64,000 nucleotides of DNA. It comes from a virus. Positions within the stretch are counted from its first letter, which is position 1. Each line of letters begins with the position of its first letter. The notes under the pieces were generated by a model, which searched no databases, was not told where the DNA came from, and worked only from the letters and a program-made list of their open reading frames with translations. The position numbers were made by a program, and so were the translations under genes. The DNA is taken from the IMG/VR virus record IMGVR_UViG_3300042402_003740, positions 1-64,000 of that record. One strand, given 5' to 3'. Below, one piece after another: positions 27,175 to 37,748 of the stretch.

Positions 27175-30100
27175 ATGAGTAATTCTCTAAAAGTAAATTT
27201 GCAAGCATCACAAGGATTTAGTCCTTTTCCTAGATCTGTTCTAACTTCTGAATTTGCTCTATTTAGTGACAAATTTGGTGTAACTGAAATGGTTGATCTC
27301 ATCCAAGATCGAGCGATAGTTGCTTATCAATTTGACTCTCTTGACCAGAGTGGAGTTCCTGGATACCGTGGAATTAATTTTGGTCCTGGTATTGATCCAG
27401 GATTTCGTTGGTTATCATTTATAACAGGATATAGTGGAGGATTTACAGCCAATAATAATTGGGAATACCGATCAGCAGCAGCAGCAGCAGGAGTAACACC
27501 AGGAAGTCCAAATTGGAATACCGATTTCGGATGGGATCTTTGGCAAAAGGAAACAAGCATCAGCGAATGGTATAAGTGGGGAATTCGCAAATTTCACATA
27601 CACCAACCTTTCGGAAAAGTCACAAGAGGTGTATACGGTCAAACATCAGGCAGTAATCAGGCAACAATTAATGCACTTATTTCTGCTGGCAACACGCTAA
27701 CACCAGAAGCATCTGTTTATCAGATAGATTCATACCAATTGTGTCGTGATGGGTTTATTCATCCTGAAACAGGACACACTGGTAATATTCCTATGCCTTG
27801 GCTTACAAACGATGTTGTTGATGGAATAACACAAGGATTTGTTCCTCTTTTCAAGGCTCTTATAACAGGAACAGCAGGAGATCTTTCACAAGACACATGG
27901 ACACGGCTCACAGGAATTGGGGGTGCTTCTGCCTGGTACAATCCTGAAGATCCTATTGAGATTATAGCATACAATGGTGGTTTGAACTATGAGACTTATG
28001 AGAGGTGGAAAGCATACTTTGAGTCAGATCCTGAAACCGCTAGACGAAGACTTCGTGAATCATACGAACCTTTCGCAAGAGCAGGAATGCGTCTTGCAAT
28101 AGATGCACTTGTTGTTTCTCCTGGACCAGTTGTTGGTGAAAATGACTTGATGAGCGATGAGTACAAGTTTGTTTTCAGAGGAAGTGATAGTGATGACTGG
28201 AAACTAGTCAATAAACTAACAGGGGAAGAGGAACCAATACCACCAAGTGGGCTTGAGTTTCCAACTCCAATTTGGCGCACGACAGATTTCGCAAATAAAA
28301 AGATCTATGCACCTCCACTTGACTATAATGGTAATCCAATAGGAAAAGCAAGAGGTGAGACACTTGGTGGACAATTAGACCAAGAGTGGTGGTCGTTCTT
28401 CTCTGGACACATTGTTCCTACTTTTGGACAACATCGCATATATTCTGAAGCAATTCCTGATACTTCTATCATCAATGGTGTAGGAAAACCAAATCCATAC
28501 ATTGGTTTTAATACTATGGGATTTTCTGAATTTATCCGTGCAGGATTTGGAGGAAGAACAAGCGATACCCCATCAACTCCATATCCAACAGATCGTACTC
28601 GTTTCCATTATCTACGAGAACTTGGAGAAGTAGAAGTCGTTCACTCCCTTTCATTTGGTGAAGTTCCTTGGGTTGGTATAAGCGGTCCTAATGGGTTTAA
28701 ACCGGGATACTATTGGTTCTTGGAGAGATTTGGAAAAACAGAATCAACATCTGGTTCTGGTCTTCCTCCTCTAGGAGCAGGAGAAGTGTATCTTCGGACA
28801 ACTGTCACTCCAGGCTATGGAGAACAGATGTATATGGGTTATGTTGTTGCAGACCATTTACAAAAGTACTATACACATAATAATGATCCTACAAAAGTAA
28901 ACGAAAATAAAACCAAACACATGGTTATGTTTGCAGCACCAACAAAGAGAAAATTACCAGATGACATACTTGAAGCAGAAAGAGTCAAATATGGAGTGAC
29001 TCTTGACTTTAACCGCAGATTTCCAACAATAACTGAATATGCTAATTATATTGGTGCACTGAAGAACACCACACAGTCTCCTGATCCTGCAAATCCAAAC
29101 TATGGAATACCATCAAGAATTATAGACATAGAACCTATTGCTAAAGAATTTGCAGCAGAAGTAAGAGGTATGGAAACGGTTGATGGAATCGGAGGATCTA
29201 TACTGCTCTATGTTCAGTCATGGGACGCCTTTGCTGGTACCAAACTTTTTGGAATATCTGATGGACAGTTCTATGTTCCACAAGAAGATGTGGACATGGA
29301 AGAGACAAAGTTTAGAGATTGGATGGATACTGTTATCGCTTCTTGGATAGAGAGGTATGGAACCTATCCAAAGCATATAATATGGAATCTCACAGAATAT
29401 GGATTCTCTGGAAAAACTGGACCTCTGTATAACCGAGAGCCTATTGGATTTGAGATGGAGCGATACTTCTTTGATCCAGCAACACTTCCTTTTATTGCAT
29501 CAGATGAAGGTCGTGGAGAGATAAACTCCTATAGCACCAGAGGACTTCCCTACTATGGTTTGGATGGTCCTGGAATAACATGGGATTCCAGTCAAAATTC
29601 CGAGCGTTTCTACAGCAGAGGATATGATATTGCAAGGCTTGAAACAGCGGGAAAAGATCCTGTCGTACCAGCAAATCCACTCTATACAAGATCAAAAGAC
29701 ATTATTCTTGATATGATTGCAAAACTAAAGAGGTGGAGAACGGACCGTGGGATTCCCGCAAAGGTTGGAGTGTACCATGTACCTTTCATGCCTCGCTATC
29801 CATATAATGTGTATAAAGTGGAAGGAGTAAAGGAGAATTCACAAGCAGTCGTCTATGCTGCTGGTGGGTGGAATGATCTTGTCTGGCCAAAGCAGAGTAC
29901 AGTACATCCTTATGGTGTTGGTGGGTGGTATACGCCACAAGAAACAAGCGAACTAAAGAAAGTAGTCAATCTAGAATTTAGAAAAAGATGGGAACCGATT
30001 GTTAAAGAGTCTGAAGTGCTTTTTCCTGAATTGTACAATGACAGTTGCAGAGAGAACATATTTGAAGATGGTAATGTTGAGGGTTGGATAGAGACTCACA

Positions 30101-33100
30101 GAAAAGTAGTAGATCTTGCAAATGAATTCAAGACAATTCCTGCATGGTCAACAGAAGATCCAAATAAGGACAGCAACACAGAGGCTCCAGCAGGAGTGAC
30201 TGTCGATATTATACCTCTTACTGCCTATTCTGTTGTAAGACCTAACTGCGGTAGACTAGGAGAAGACGATCCTGTTGTAAAGAAAAACGGATCTCTCTAT
30301 GCACACGAAAACCAAGAGTATACTCTTACAGATTGGCTCCGTGACGAATATCTAAGACCAAAATTCAGAAGACCAGCAAAGGTTCAGGGACTCTCAATGT
30401 GGAGAGGGTTTGAATATAATGCAACAAATGCACTGTACACATCTTCTTATACTGGAAAAGAAGAAGACCGTGAATGGGTATTGAAATATATTCAGGCAGA
30501 AGACGGAAAGGGAGTAACAATTGACTGGAATAATCCTGTTGATGTGGACATAAAGTTTAGACGATATCTCCAAATAATCAATGGGCTAACCAGAAGATAT
30601 CTACACCGCTTTGACAGAGGAATTCCTCGTCGTGATATCCACCGACCATACTACCATGCTCCTTTTGCAGCAGGATGGAATCCTGGTATTTCCGCAGATG
30701 GATCTATGGCTAAACGATATCCAGAATCCATAGGTGGAATGCCAATACCTGATGTTGTTCCTCTCCTTTGGGTAGGCTATGGTCCATCAGGTCAGACTTT
30801 TAGAAATGCATCAAATACTGGTGGTGTCTCTAATGAGATACTTGCAGATGTTCGTGAAAGAGCAAGTCTTATACCACCAGGAAAAAGAGTCATTATGCCT
30901 TGGTATTGGCAAATCGAATCTCCTGCTGGTCAGCGTCCAATGATTGACTACTATGAGAATACAACAGATGGAATGGTTTATGGTGGTACAAAATACCGAG
31001 CACACGAAACACCAGGTGGCGTTACATTCCTCTCTCCTTGGGCTTACAATAATACAAGAGATGCAAAGAGTTCTATAACTGCTTTTCTACAACAGTGTGG
31101 TCAAACTGGCATATCTTTTGATGCGATTGGTTCTGATTTTGAGAATTGGGGTTGGCTAGGACTTTCTTCCGTTAATCAATCTTTTGATGGTCCTTGGGGT
31201 CCAACAGGAGAACCAGCAGCACAAAAAACGGTGACAATTGATGGCATTGATCGTAGTGTTGTTGTTCCTTGGAATGAATTGTACTCTTACTTGCAAGAAC
31301 CAGATAATCGAATAGCATCAACAATTGTAAAAGATTCAAGATTTGCAGGACTGACAAACTACACAACAGGTCTGTCAATGGGTGGTGCTATAGAGAAAGT
31401 CTATAATCAAATTAGACCATTTATGTCTACACTTGTTAATGGGTATGGTTATTCTAATCCTGGTAATGAAGATAATGGTTTGACTGCTAGTCAGATAATG
31501 ACATATTTTATCGTGGAAGGACCAACAGGAATTTCAGCAGCAACTGGTCCAGCATCAGTTGATGCTTATTATAATCCTGCGCTTCAAAACTGGCAAGCAG
31601 CAACAAGAGACAGAGGTCGTGAAATAGGAAATCCTTGGAGGCCACCATATACAAACAGCACATATCCTTTGGCTGCTGGTAAATCTGTCTCAATAAAACT
31701 TGCCTGGTTTGCATGGCAAAGAGCACTAGAATCTTTAGTACACGAAGACCACACACAGAGAAAGTGGGTTGACACTCTTCGTGGTAGTACAAGTAAAGAG
31801 ATGAGAAATGTGGAATTTGCAGAATATGATGCATTCCCTCTATCAGTTGGGGAAGGTGTATTCATTAGAGATCCGTATACGCATCCATTCTTGGCTTTAG
31901 GTGAGCAAGAGAACAGCGAGTACATTAACCCAAGTCCAGAACAGTATGGATCTATTTTAGCAGACAGTATAAAGACGGCGGTTTACTATACAAATCCAAC
32001 AACAGATGAACAAAAGTATATTATTACTATTTGTGATGCAGGGCAAAATCCACCAGCAGGAACTGTAAGATTCGCCCCATCTTTTGATATTACAGCAGCC
32101 AGAAGTTGGATTTCATTGCTCATGGAAGTACAGTTGATGAGAGGAATTCTTCGTACTGATCCTAGTGCGTGGTTGAACTATACTCCTTGGGTAAATACTC
32201 CTTGGGATAATCCTGATTACAATGGATTCTATCATACAATAGATCCTGTGAACACACCAGACATAGAAAGACGAACCTATTCGATTCAGTACTTTAGAGA
32301 ATTGGTTTTCCATGCTCTACTCCACGGAGCAAAGTGGTTCCATCTTTTCAATGACATTCCCGGTAATGGTGGACTTGGCCTCTCTGCAAGATATCAAAAC
32401 TTCTTGCAGGGAGTAACACTCATGCAGGGTATTTTCAATGAATGGAATTCTCTTACAAACTATAACCGTGTTCGTCCAGCATCGAATCCAACAGGAAACT
32501 ACAATGCTCTTGTTGAAAGGGTGAATCTTTCAGACGCAGGAGCAAATCACGAAGGAGCAACAGGAACACTTATAAGCGGTGCTCGTGTTCTGTCCGCAGA
32601 TTCTTTCGGACTGACAAGTAGTGTGCCATTCGGAGCAAATCCAAATGAAACCTACATCTGGAGAATATCTGTTCCTCCACAAGGAGTCGGTTGTACATAT
32701 GATCGTGTTGATATTCCAGGATTTGGATCAGCAACACAGGATCTTCCTCTAACTGTTTATGTGCCAGCAAATGAAACAGGATTCTGGATCAAGAGAACAG
32801 GAAATCCATATAAACCCCAATACCGTTGGAGAAAACCAACAACCGATGGAATGGGCACAGTACTGAAGAACAGGGACTCTAGTGCCATAGGTTTCCCCTC
32901 AACAAATCCTAACAGTGTGTTTACTGGTGGTGATAGTGATGCAACAATTGGAAGCGGTGCTAACTCTGATATTCGTGTCATTGCTGCATGGAAGAGCGAT
33001 CCAATACCCTTTGATAAGAGTACAGAAACAACAGTAACTATATGTGCCTACCATCCATCGGGTATACAGCGTGTAGAGGCTTCTCTTAATGGAGGATTAA

Positions 33101-35784
33101 CCGCATCAATTGTAGGAAACTCTCCTATAAATGATCGGTATCAGGAATTCACATTTGGTATTCCCCAAAATCTTCCGCAAACAACAGGGTTCCCAACAGG
33201 AACTCTCCATGAGATCCGTGCAAAGATATTCCCTGTTGAAGGAAAGCCCCGTATACTTGGAGGTCAACCGACAGACGCTTCGGTCTACTATACAGCGGCA
33301 ACATCTCTTATGAGAGTCGCTCCAACAAAAGAACAGGCAAATGAAACTTCATATTTCTTGTGCAATGAAAATCCACATGAAGTATCAGTTCTTAATAATT
33401 CTTGGGTAGTGAATATGGGAACTTCTCAGTATAGTGATTTGAGAAATGCAATACTTTTTGAATTAGGAAATCGCACAGGTTCCGATGTGTTAACAGAAGG
33501 TTCTGGAGGCAATAATTCCAATGGAAACTGGACTCCTTTCAACAGAAAGTTTGTAAAGATAAAAGTAAAAAATCAAACGAACTCAAATTTAAATATCCTT
33601 GGAGATCCTGGAACAGTTTCTGTTGGTGGATTTCTCTTTGTTGTGGATAGAAACGGTGCTCCAACTGGTTTATTTGATCCAACATGGAATCTGCTTGCAT
33701 CTTCATTTGATTTCTCGGGTAAGGCTCTAGTAATAGAGAGGGACTCTGGATCATCAACAACTCCAACAATGAAGGCGAGCACAACAGGAAACACAAATCC
33801 TCCTCCTCGTCCAGCAGGATTTTCCACAGCAGTTCCTGGTGCAAATCAACCGTTTAGCAATCCCAATTCTGTATATGCCATACCTCTAGGATTGTTTAAT
33901 CCTGGAAGTTTCGATGCATATTGCACATTTCAAAATAGAATATACAGATTAAATAAGAGCCTTGCGGATAGGAGTGGTTCATTTGAATTTGGTGGAGCAG
34001 GATTCACTCCTAATGAATTGTCTGCTCCAAGCGGGACAGACACAAGTAATTCCACATGGATATTTGAATCAGGTACAGGAGATTACGAAACAGCAGTTGG
34101 AACATCCAGAAGTGTTAATTGTCTAGGAGTAGGAAGAATTAAGTTCAAGAATGTTATAGTAGACCGTGGATCAGTATTGGAATTCTCTGGAAATAACAGG
34201 CTTCAATTCGATGGTGTAACTTTTACCTCATCACTACAGCCTCCAACAGAATCCAGAGTTATTGCAACAACACATATGGCTTCATTCACAGGATGTAACA
34301 TTGATGCTGATAATCCCACACGACATGGATTCAATGGAGCCAGAAGAGTATACGGTTGCAATGCGGCAAATATCTACACTGGAGCATTTATTGATAATCT
34401 CATGGTGCAGTCTTCTAGTGCAACAGGAGCACAACAAAAAGACAACAAGTCTGCTAATCCAATACTAAAGAGTAATTTCTCTCTCAAGAATGCAATCTAT
34501 AGTGATATCACAATTTCTGGATCTTCAGGGGAAAAACTACAAGAAGGTGTCTTGATAGGAACAGGTGGTGGGATAATATCTGGTGTACAGGGTGCTTGTG
34601 CAGACCATGAGGGATTGGTGTTCCGAAACATCTCTCTTGATTATGGGGCAATAAATGTTAGTCTTGATAAAAAGGGAATTCTTATAAACGGAAATGCCCA
34701 TCAAGTTTTCCTTGATGGATTGAGTTTCTCTACAGAATCGGTAAATATTGATAACTCCTACAAAGTGGTTGCCGATGCTCTGCGTACAGGTACTCCTCCT
34801 ATTAGTGGTTTTGGAGCAAAACCACAAAGAGTCTCTAGTATAGGAGGCACAAGAACTGCCGTGATCTTTGATGATCCTTCTATTCTGCTAAGACCGATTA
34901 TATTCGGACCAGAAGGCTCAACATTCTCTTCACGAAATTTTGCTGTTGGGGTCAATTACAACACTAATTTTGGAATAACCATGAGTTCTGTTCAAGAGAG
35001 TGTTCCGAATATTTCTGAAGCAAGAGCATATATCAGAGGAATACCACAAGTTACTGGAACAGGAGTTATTTCTAACAATAATTTTTCACTCTATATCTCC
35101 GGAATGGAGAGCAATGCTGCTAAAATTGGAGGAGTTGTTGGTTGGACTGCACCGTTTATCCAATCAACACTTTCTAACGGGACTGTTCTTGTAAATGTGA
35201 GTAGTGGACTAAATCCTGGAAATGTAATCACTGTTGGAGTAACTCTAAGCACATTCTATACACAGAGGTACATTAGTGCAGGACTAACAATTGAACCTGT
35301 ATCAGGAGCAACATTCCATGTCATGCCATCAGTATTTGATTCTACTGGCGTTTGGAGTGTGAGTAATGGAAATATTCCTATATCGCATTGGTTGAAAGTA
35401 GGAAATAATGGTGTTTCGTGGATTACAAATCCAACTACAACTGCCTCAATAAGACTAAAAATACGATCTCCTTTTTCTACAACGCTTACTGGAGATATCG
35501 GAAATCTAGTTGTGGGTCCGATACCAACTAGTAATACTTTGTTTATATTAGATTGGAATAGTCCAGGAAAAACAGGAGCGATTGTTGTTGGAGGAGAGAC
35601 ATACGGTCTTGGTACTGCTGCTGCCGCTCAAGAGAATGCAACAACCATAGCAAAAATACCAATACTCTGGACAACAGGACCGTCAGCAGGACAACCAATA
35701 TGGCCTGGTTCCACGGCAAATTTCCCTGATTTTAGCCGTGGATCTTGGAAAATCATCTATCCACAAGGTAGTCCTGTAGGATAA
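27175..35784 (+). CDS. Giant (2869 aa) multidomain virion-associated protein; possible glycan-binding or hydrolase domains and a C-terminal beta-helix
   Basis: Uninterrupted ORF; Trp/Tyr-rich N-terminal two-thirds; beta-helix-like periodicity (FKNVIV, FDGVTF, FTGCNI, FRNISL) near the C-terminus. Function is inferred. Confidence 0.6.
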   Translation: MSNSLKVNLQASQGFSPFPRSVLTSEFALFSDKFGVTEMVDLIQDRAIVAYQFDSLDQSGVPGYRGINFGPGIDPGFRWLSFITGYSGGFTANNNWEYRSAAAAAGVTPGSPNWNTDFGWDLWQKETSISEWYKWGIRKFHIHQPFGKVTRGVYGQTSGSNQATINALISAGNTLTPEASVYQIDSYQLCRDGFIHPETGHTGNIPMPWLTNDVVDGITQGFVPLFKALITGTAGDLSQDTWTRLTGIGGASAWYNPEDPIEIIAYNGGLNYETYERWKAYFESDPETARRRLRESYEPFARAGMRLAIDALVVSPGPVVGENDLMSDEYKFVFRGSDSDDWKLVNKLTGEEEPIPPSGLEFPTPIWRTTDFANKKIYAPPLDYNGNPIGKARGETLGGQLDQEWWSFFSGHIVPTFGQHRIYSEAIPDTSIINGVGKPNPYIGFNTMGFSEFIRAGFGGRTSDTPSTPYPTDRTRFHYLRELGEVEVVHSLSFGEVPWVGISGPNGFKPGYYWFLERFGKTESTSGSGLPPLGAGEVYLRTTVTPGYGEQMYMGYVVADHLQKYYTHNNDPTKVNENKTKHMVMFAAPTKRKLPDDILEAERVKYGVTLDFNRRFPTITEYANYIGALKNTTQSPDPANPNYGIPSRIIDIEPIAKEFAAEVRGMETVDGIGGSILLYVQSWDAFAGTKLFGISDGQFYVPQEDVDMEETKFRDWMDTVIASWIERYGTYPKHIIWNLTEYGFSGKTGPLYNREPIGFEMERYFFDPATLPFIASDEGRGEINSYSTRGLPYYGLDGPGITWDSSQNSERFYSRGYDIARLETAGKDPVVPANPLYTRSKDIILDMIAKLKRWRTDRGIPAKVGVYHVPFMPRYPYNVYKVEGVKENSQAVVYAAGGWNDLVWPKQSTVHPYGVGGWYTPQETSELKKVVNLEFRKRWEPIVKESEVLFPELYNDSCRENIFEDGNVEGWIETHRKVVDLANEFKTIPAWSTEDPNKDSNTEAPAGVTVDIIPLTAYSVVRPNCGRLGEDDPVVKKNGSLYAHENQEYTLTDWLRDEYLRPKFRRPAKVQGLSMWRGFEYNATNALYTSSYTGKEEDREWVLKYIQAEDGKGVTIDWNNPVDVDIKFRRYLQIINGLTRRYLHRFDRGIPRRDIHRPYYHAPFAAGWNPGISADGSMAKRYPESIGGMPIPDVVPLLWVGYGPSGQTFRNASNTGGVSNEILADVRERASLIPPGKRVIMPWYWQIESPAGQRPMIDYYENTTDGMVYGGTKYRAHETPGGVTFLSPWAYNNTRDAKSSITAFLQQCGQTGISFDAIGSDFENWGWLGLSSVNQSFDGPWGPTGEPAAQKTVTIDGIDRSVVVPWNELYSYLQEPDNRIASTIVKDSRFAGLTNYTTGLSMGGAIEKVYNQIRPFMSTLVNGYGYSNPGNEDNGLTASQIMTYFIVEGPTGISAATGPASVDAYYNPALQNWQAATRDRGREIGNPWRPPYTNSTYPLAAGKSVSIKLAWFAWQRALESLVHEDHTQRKWVDTLRGSTSKEMRNVEFAEYDAFPLSVGEGVFIRDPYTHPFLALGEQENSEYINPSPEQYGSILADSIKTAVYYTNPTTDEQKYIITICDAGQNPPAGTVRFAPSFDITAARSWISLLMEVQLMRGILRTDPSAWLNYTPWVNTPWDNPDYNGFYHTIDPVNTPDIERRTYSIQYFRELVFHALLHGAKWFHLFNDIPGNGGLGLSARYQNFLQGVTLMQGIFNEWNSLTNYNRVRPASNPTGNYNALVERVNLSDAGANHEGATGTLISGARVLSADSFGLTSSVPFGANPNETYIWRISVPPQGVGCTYDRVDIPGFGSATQDLPLTVYVPANETGFWIKRTGNPYKPQYRWRKPTTDGMGTVLKNRDSSAIGFPSTNPNSVFTGGDSDATIGSGANSDIRVIAAWKSDPIPFDKSTETTVTICAYHPSGIQRVEASLNGGLTASIVGNSPINDRYQEFTFGIPQNLPQTTGFPTGTLHEIRAKIFPVEGKPRILGGQPTDASVYYTAATSLMRVAPTKEQANETSYFLCNENPHEVSVLNNSWVVNMGTSQYSDLRNAILFELGNRTGSDVLTEGSGGNNSNGNWTPFNRKFVKIKVKNQTNSNLNILGDPGTVSVGGFLFVVDRNGAPTGLFDPTWNLLASSFDFSGKALVIERDSGSSTTPTMKASTTGNTNPPPRPAGFSTAVPGANQPFSNPNSVYAIPLGLFNPGSFDAYCTFQNRIYRLNKSLADRSGSFEFGGAGFTPNELSAPSGTDTSNSTWIFESGTGDYETAVGTSRSVNCLGVGRIKFKNVIVDRGSVLEFSGNNRLQFDGVTFTSSLQPPTESRVIATTHMASFTGCNIDADNPTRHGFNGARRVYGCNAANIYTGAFIDNLMVQSSSATGAQQKDNKSANPILKSNFSLKNAIYSDITISGSSGEKLQEGVLIGTGGGIISGVQGACADHEGLVFRNISLDYGAINVSLDKKGILINGNAHQVFLDGLSFSTESVNIDNSYKVVADALRTGTPPISGFGAKPQRVSSIGGTRTAVIFDDPSILLRPIIFGPEGSTFSSRNFAVGVNYNTNFGITMSSVQESVPNISEARAYIRGIPQVTGTGVISNNNFSLYISGMESNAAKIGGVVGWTAPFIQSTLSNGTVLVNVSSGLNPGNVITVGVTLSTFYTQRYISAGLTIEPVSGATFHVMPSVFDSTGVWSVSNGNIPISHWLKVGNNGVSWITNPTTTASIRLKIRSPFSTTLTGDIGNLVVGPIPTSNTLFILDWNSPGKTGAIVVGGETYGLGTAAAAQENATTIAKIPILWTTGPSAGQPIWPGSTANFPDFSRGSWKIIYPQGSPVG

Positions 35785-35815
35785 ATACATAGAAATAAGA
35801 TAAAAGGAGAAAATA

Positions 35816-36169
35816 ATGCCATTCAGAACAACTAATAGTAACCCCAATCCACCCCTGTTTTTGGGAAATATCACTCCAGGAGTTGGAGGAACAGCACTAG
35901 GTGCTGCATTAAGAAATTTGGGGATAACAACAGCCAATTTCTTTGGACAAACTAGCAGTAATCCCTCACTCGGGGAAGGACTGTACTTCTCTGTACATGG
36001 ATCACAGACTTTTAAAGTATTTGGTAATTCTGGAGAGTGTGCAGCAAATGCCAATAGACATTTCACTCTGCTTCCAAACTCTTACGAGTTTATGCCTATA
36101 AAGAATCCAGAAAATTTATGGATTGTTGGATCTGCTGCTGGAGCCACTCTATCCGTTCGTGGACACTAA
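35816..36169 (+). CDS. Small virion-type protein
   Basis: ATAAATA late box and AAGGAG SD; C-terminus FMPIKNPENLWI...VRGH resembles the end of the 38800 protein. Confidence 0.65.
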   Translation: MPFRTTNSNPNPPLFLGNITPGVGGTALGAALRNLGITTANFFGQTSSNPSLGEGLYFSVHGSQTFKVFGNSGECAANANRHFTLLPNSYEFMPIKNPENLWIVGSAAGATLSVRGH

Positions 36170-36170
36170 A

Positions 36171-36241
36171 TTCCCTTGCTTGGATTCGAACCAAGAAAAA
36201 GAGATCCAAAGTCTCTCGTGTTACCGTTACACTACAAGGGA
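36171..36241 (-). tRNA. tRNA-Gln(TTG)
   Basis: TCCCTTG/CAAGGGA acceptor; AGAGA-ct-TTG-ga-TCTCT. Confidence 0.9.
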
Positions 36242-36242
36242 A

Positions 36243-36332
36243 AGGAAGAAGTGGGATTCGAACCCACGGTAGACATCGAATGCCTACGCCGGTTTTCAAG
36301 ACCAGTGCCTTTAACCACTCAGCCATTCTTCC
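36243..36332 (-). tRNA. tRNA-Ser(TGA)
   Basis: CTGGT-ct-TGA-aa-ACCGG, long variable arm, TTCGAAT. Confidence 0.9.
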
Positions 36333-36337
36333 ATCAG

Positions 36338-36410
36338 TGGACTGAGGGGGACTTGAACCCCCAACCTCTGCCTTGCAAAGGCAGCGTTCCCCCAGTTGAA
36401 CTATCAGCCC
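36338..36410 (-). tRNA. tRNA-Ala(TGC)
   Basis: G3:U70 pair; CTGCC-tt-TGC-aa-GGCAG. Confidence 0.92.
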
Positions 36411-36414
36411 AGAA

Positions 36415-36496
36415 TCCGAGAGGCGGGACTCGAACCCGCAAGCCGAAAGGCAGCAGATTTTAAGTCTGCCGTGTATGCCAATTCCACCACTCTCAG
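36415..36496 (-). tRNA. tRNA-Leu(TAA)
   Basis: GCAGA-ct-TAA-aa-TCTGC, variable arm GCC-TTTC-GGC. Confidence 0.92.
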
Positions 36497-36499
36497 TCA

Positions 36500-36827
36500 T
36501 GGAGTCGGGGGGATTTGCACCCCCGTCCAGAACCACATCAAAGACAAACTTCTACGGAACCTAGTCCGTGTTCTGTACAGCATCGGGACACGGACATCCC
36601 TTTGCAGTTTGCGAATCGTTTAGTTCAACAGCCTTACGATTCCTATGGCAGTCTATCCGATGGTTTGGGAGGGGTAGATATCGGAGTCTCTACCCCTCCC
36701 TTGCCGCTTCAAGCAGCGAGACGAACTGTGTTAGCAGTTATTGTGTGGTCGATTTTATACAGAGCCGTTCGACCAACTCTGGTGCGCCGTTTGTCTCCTA
36801 CTTAGCCTGTCGAATCTACTCGACCCC
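36500..36827 (-). ncRNA. ssrA: tmRNA with tag (A)ANTVRLAA*
   Basis: 5' GGGGTCGA..GATTCGAC; 3' GACGGGGGTGCAAATCCCCCCGACTCCA with G3:U; resume context ATAACT|GCT; tag ORF 36735-36709 ends LAA-stop. Confidence 0.92.
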
Positions 36828-37748
36828 TTACTCATCATTTCGGGCAAGACGCTCAAAGTATGACATGGCATCTCCCGAAAACTCGTCTTCTTCATTCTCA
36901 CGCTTGATTTCCTTTGCCGAACGGGACTTTGGAGAGGAACCAAACTGCTCCGCTGCCTGTTCAACCTCATCGTCAAGGTCTTCTGCCCGCTTTGGAGCAG
37001 ACACAGATCCACCAATGACCGAATCAAACTTACGCTTGAGTTCATCATATCCCTTGAACTCCTTTGGATTGGTGAAATCCTTCAGCGAATACTGACTCTT
37101 CCACAGAGCCTCCAACTTCGCATCGTCGCCACCAAAGAGAGCCGCAGGATTGGCAAACTCCGACTTGTCGTAGTTGATGTAGCCATCCACCTTGCGAACC
37201 TTCAGTTTAAAATCCGCTCCCTTCCAAAAGTCGAAGGGATTCACAGCCTCTTCATCTTGGAACTGTGGGTGCATCTTCTCTTCAATCTTCTCAAAGATCT
37301 TCTTCCCATACTTGTATAGGAATACCTTGCCCTCGTTCTGTGGTGCAGAGGGATCGGAAATGACAAGAATATTGGAGACATACGCCAACTTGCGCTTGCG
37401 GTCACGGGCAATAGACTTGTCCGACTCCACTCCGCTGTTCCACAACTCGTTGTTTGCCTCGCAGACTGGACACTTCTGACCAATCGTGGTTGGACAATTC
37501 TCAATGAACCATCCACCCTTGCCTTGGAATCCGTGCGAGAACTGGCGCACCCACGGCAGATCCTCTCCATCGCTTGGAGGGAGGAAACGGATTACTGCAT
37601 AGCCGTTGCTGGACTTGTCAAGGGTGGGCTTCCAAATGCGGTTGTCCTCATAGGACGATTCCCCGCCACCCTTCTTCAATTTCTCTGCCTCATTGAGCAG
37701 ACGCTTCATGCTGTCGTTTGAATTCTTCTTTAGATCTTTAAAACTCAT
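36828..37748 (-). CDS. Single-stranded DNA-binding protein (gp32)
   Basis: NGYAVIRFLP, WFIENC.TT...CPVC, NPFDFWKGADF, NYDKSEF, acidic tail. Confidence 0.97.
   Translation of the reverse strand: MSFKDLKKNSNDSMKRLLNEAEKLKKGGGESSYEDNRIWKPTLDKSSNGYAVIRFLPPSDGEDLPWVRQFSHGFQGKGGWFIENCPTTIGQKCPVCEANNELWNSGVESDKSIARDRKRKLAYVSNILVISDPSAPQNEGKVFLYKYGKKIFEKIEEKMHPQFQDEEAVNPFDFWKGADFKLKVRKVDGYINYDKSEFANPAALFGGDDAKLEALWKSQYSLKDFTNPKEFKGYDELKRKFDSVIGGSVSAPKRAEDLDDEVEQAAEQFGSSPKSRSAKEIKRENEEDEFSGDAMSYFERLARNDE

Noticed and set aside
36096-37095. Protein ORFs over the tRNA/tmRNA region
   Set aside because: The region is fully explained by structured RNA genes and gp32 on the minus strand.
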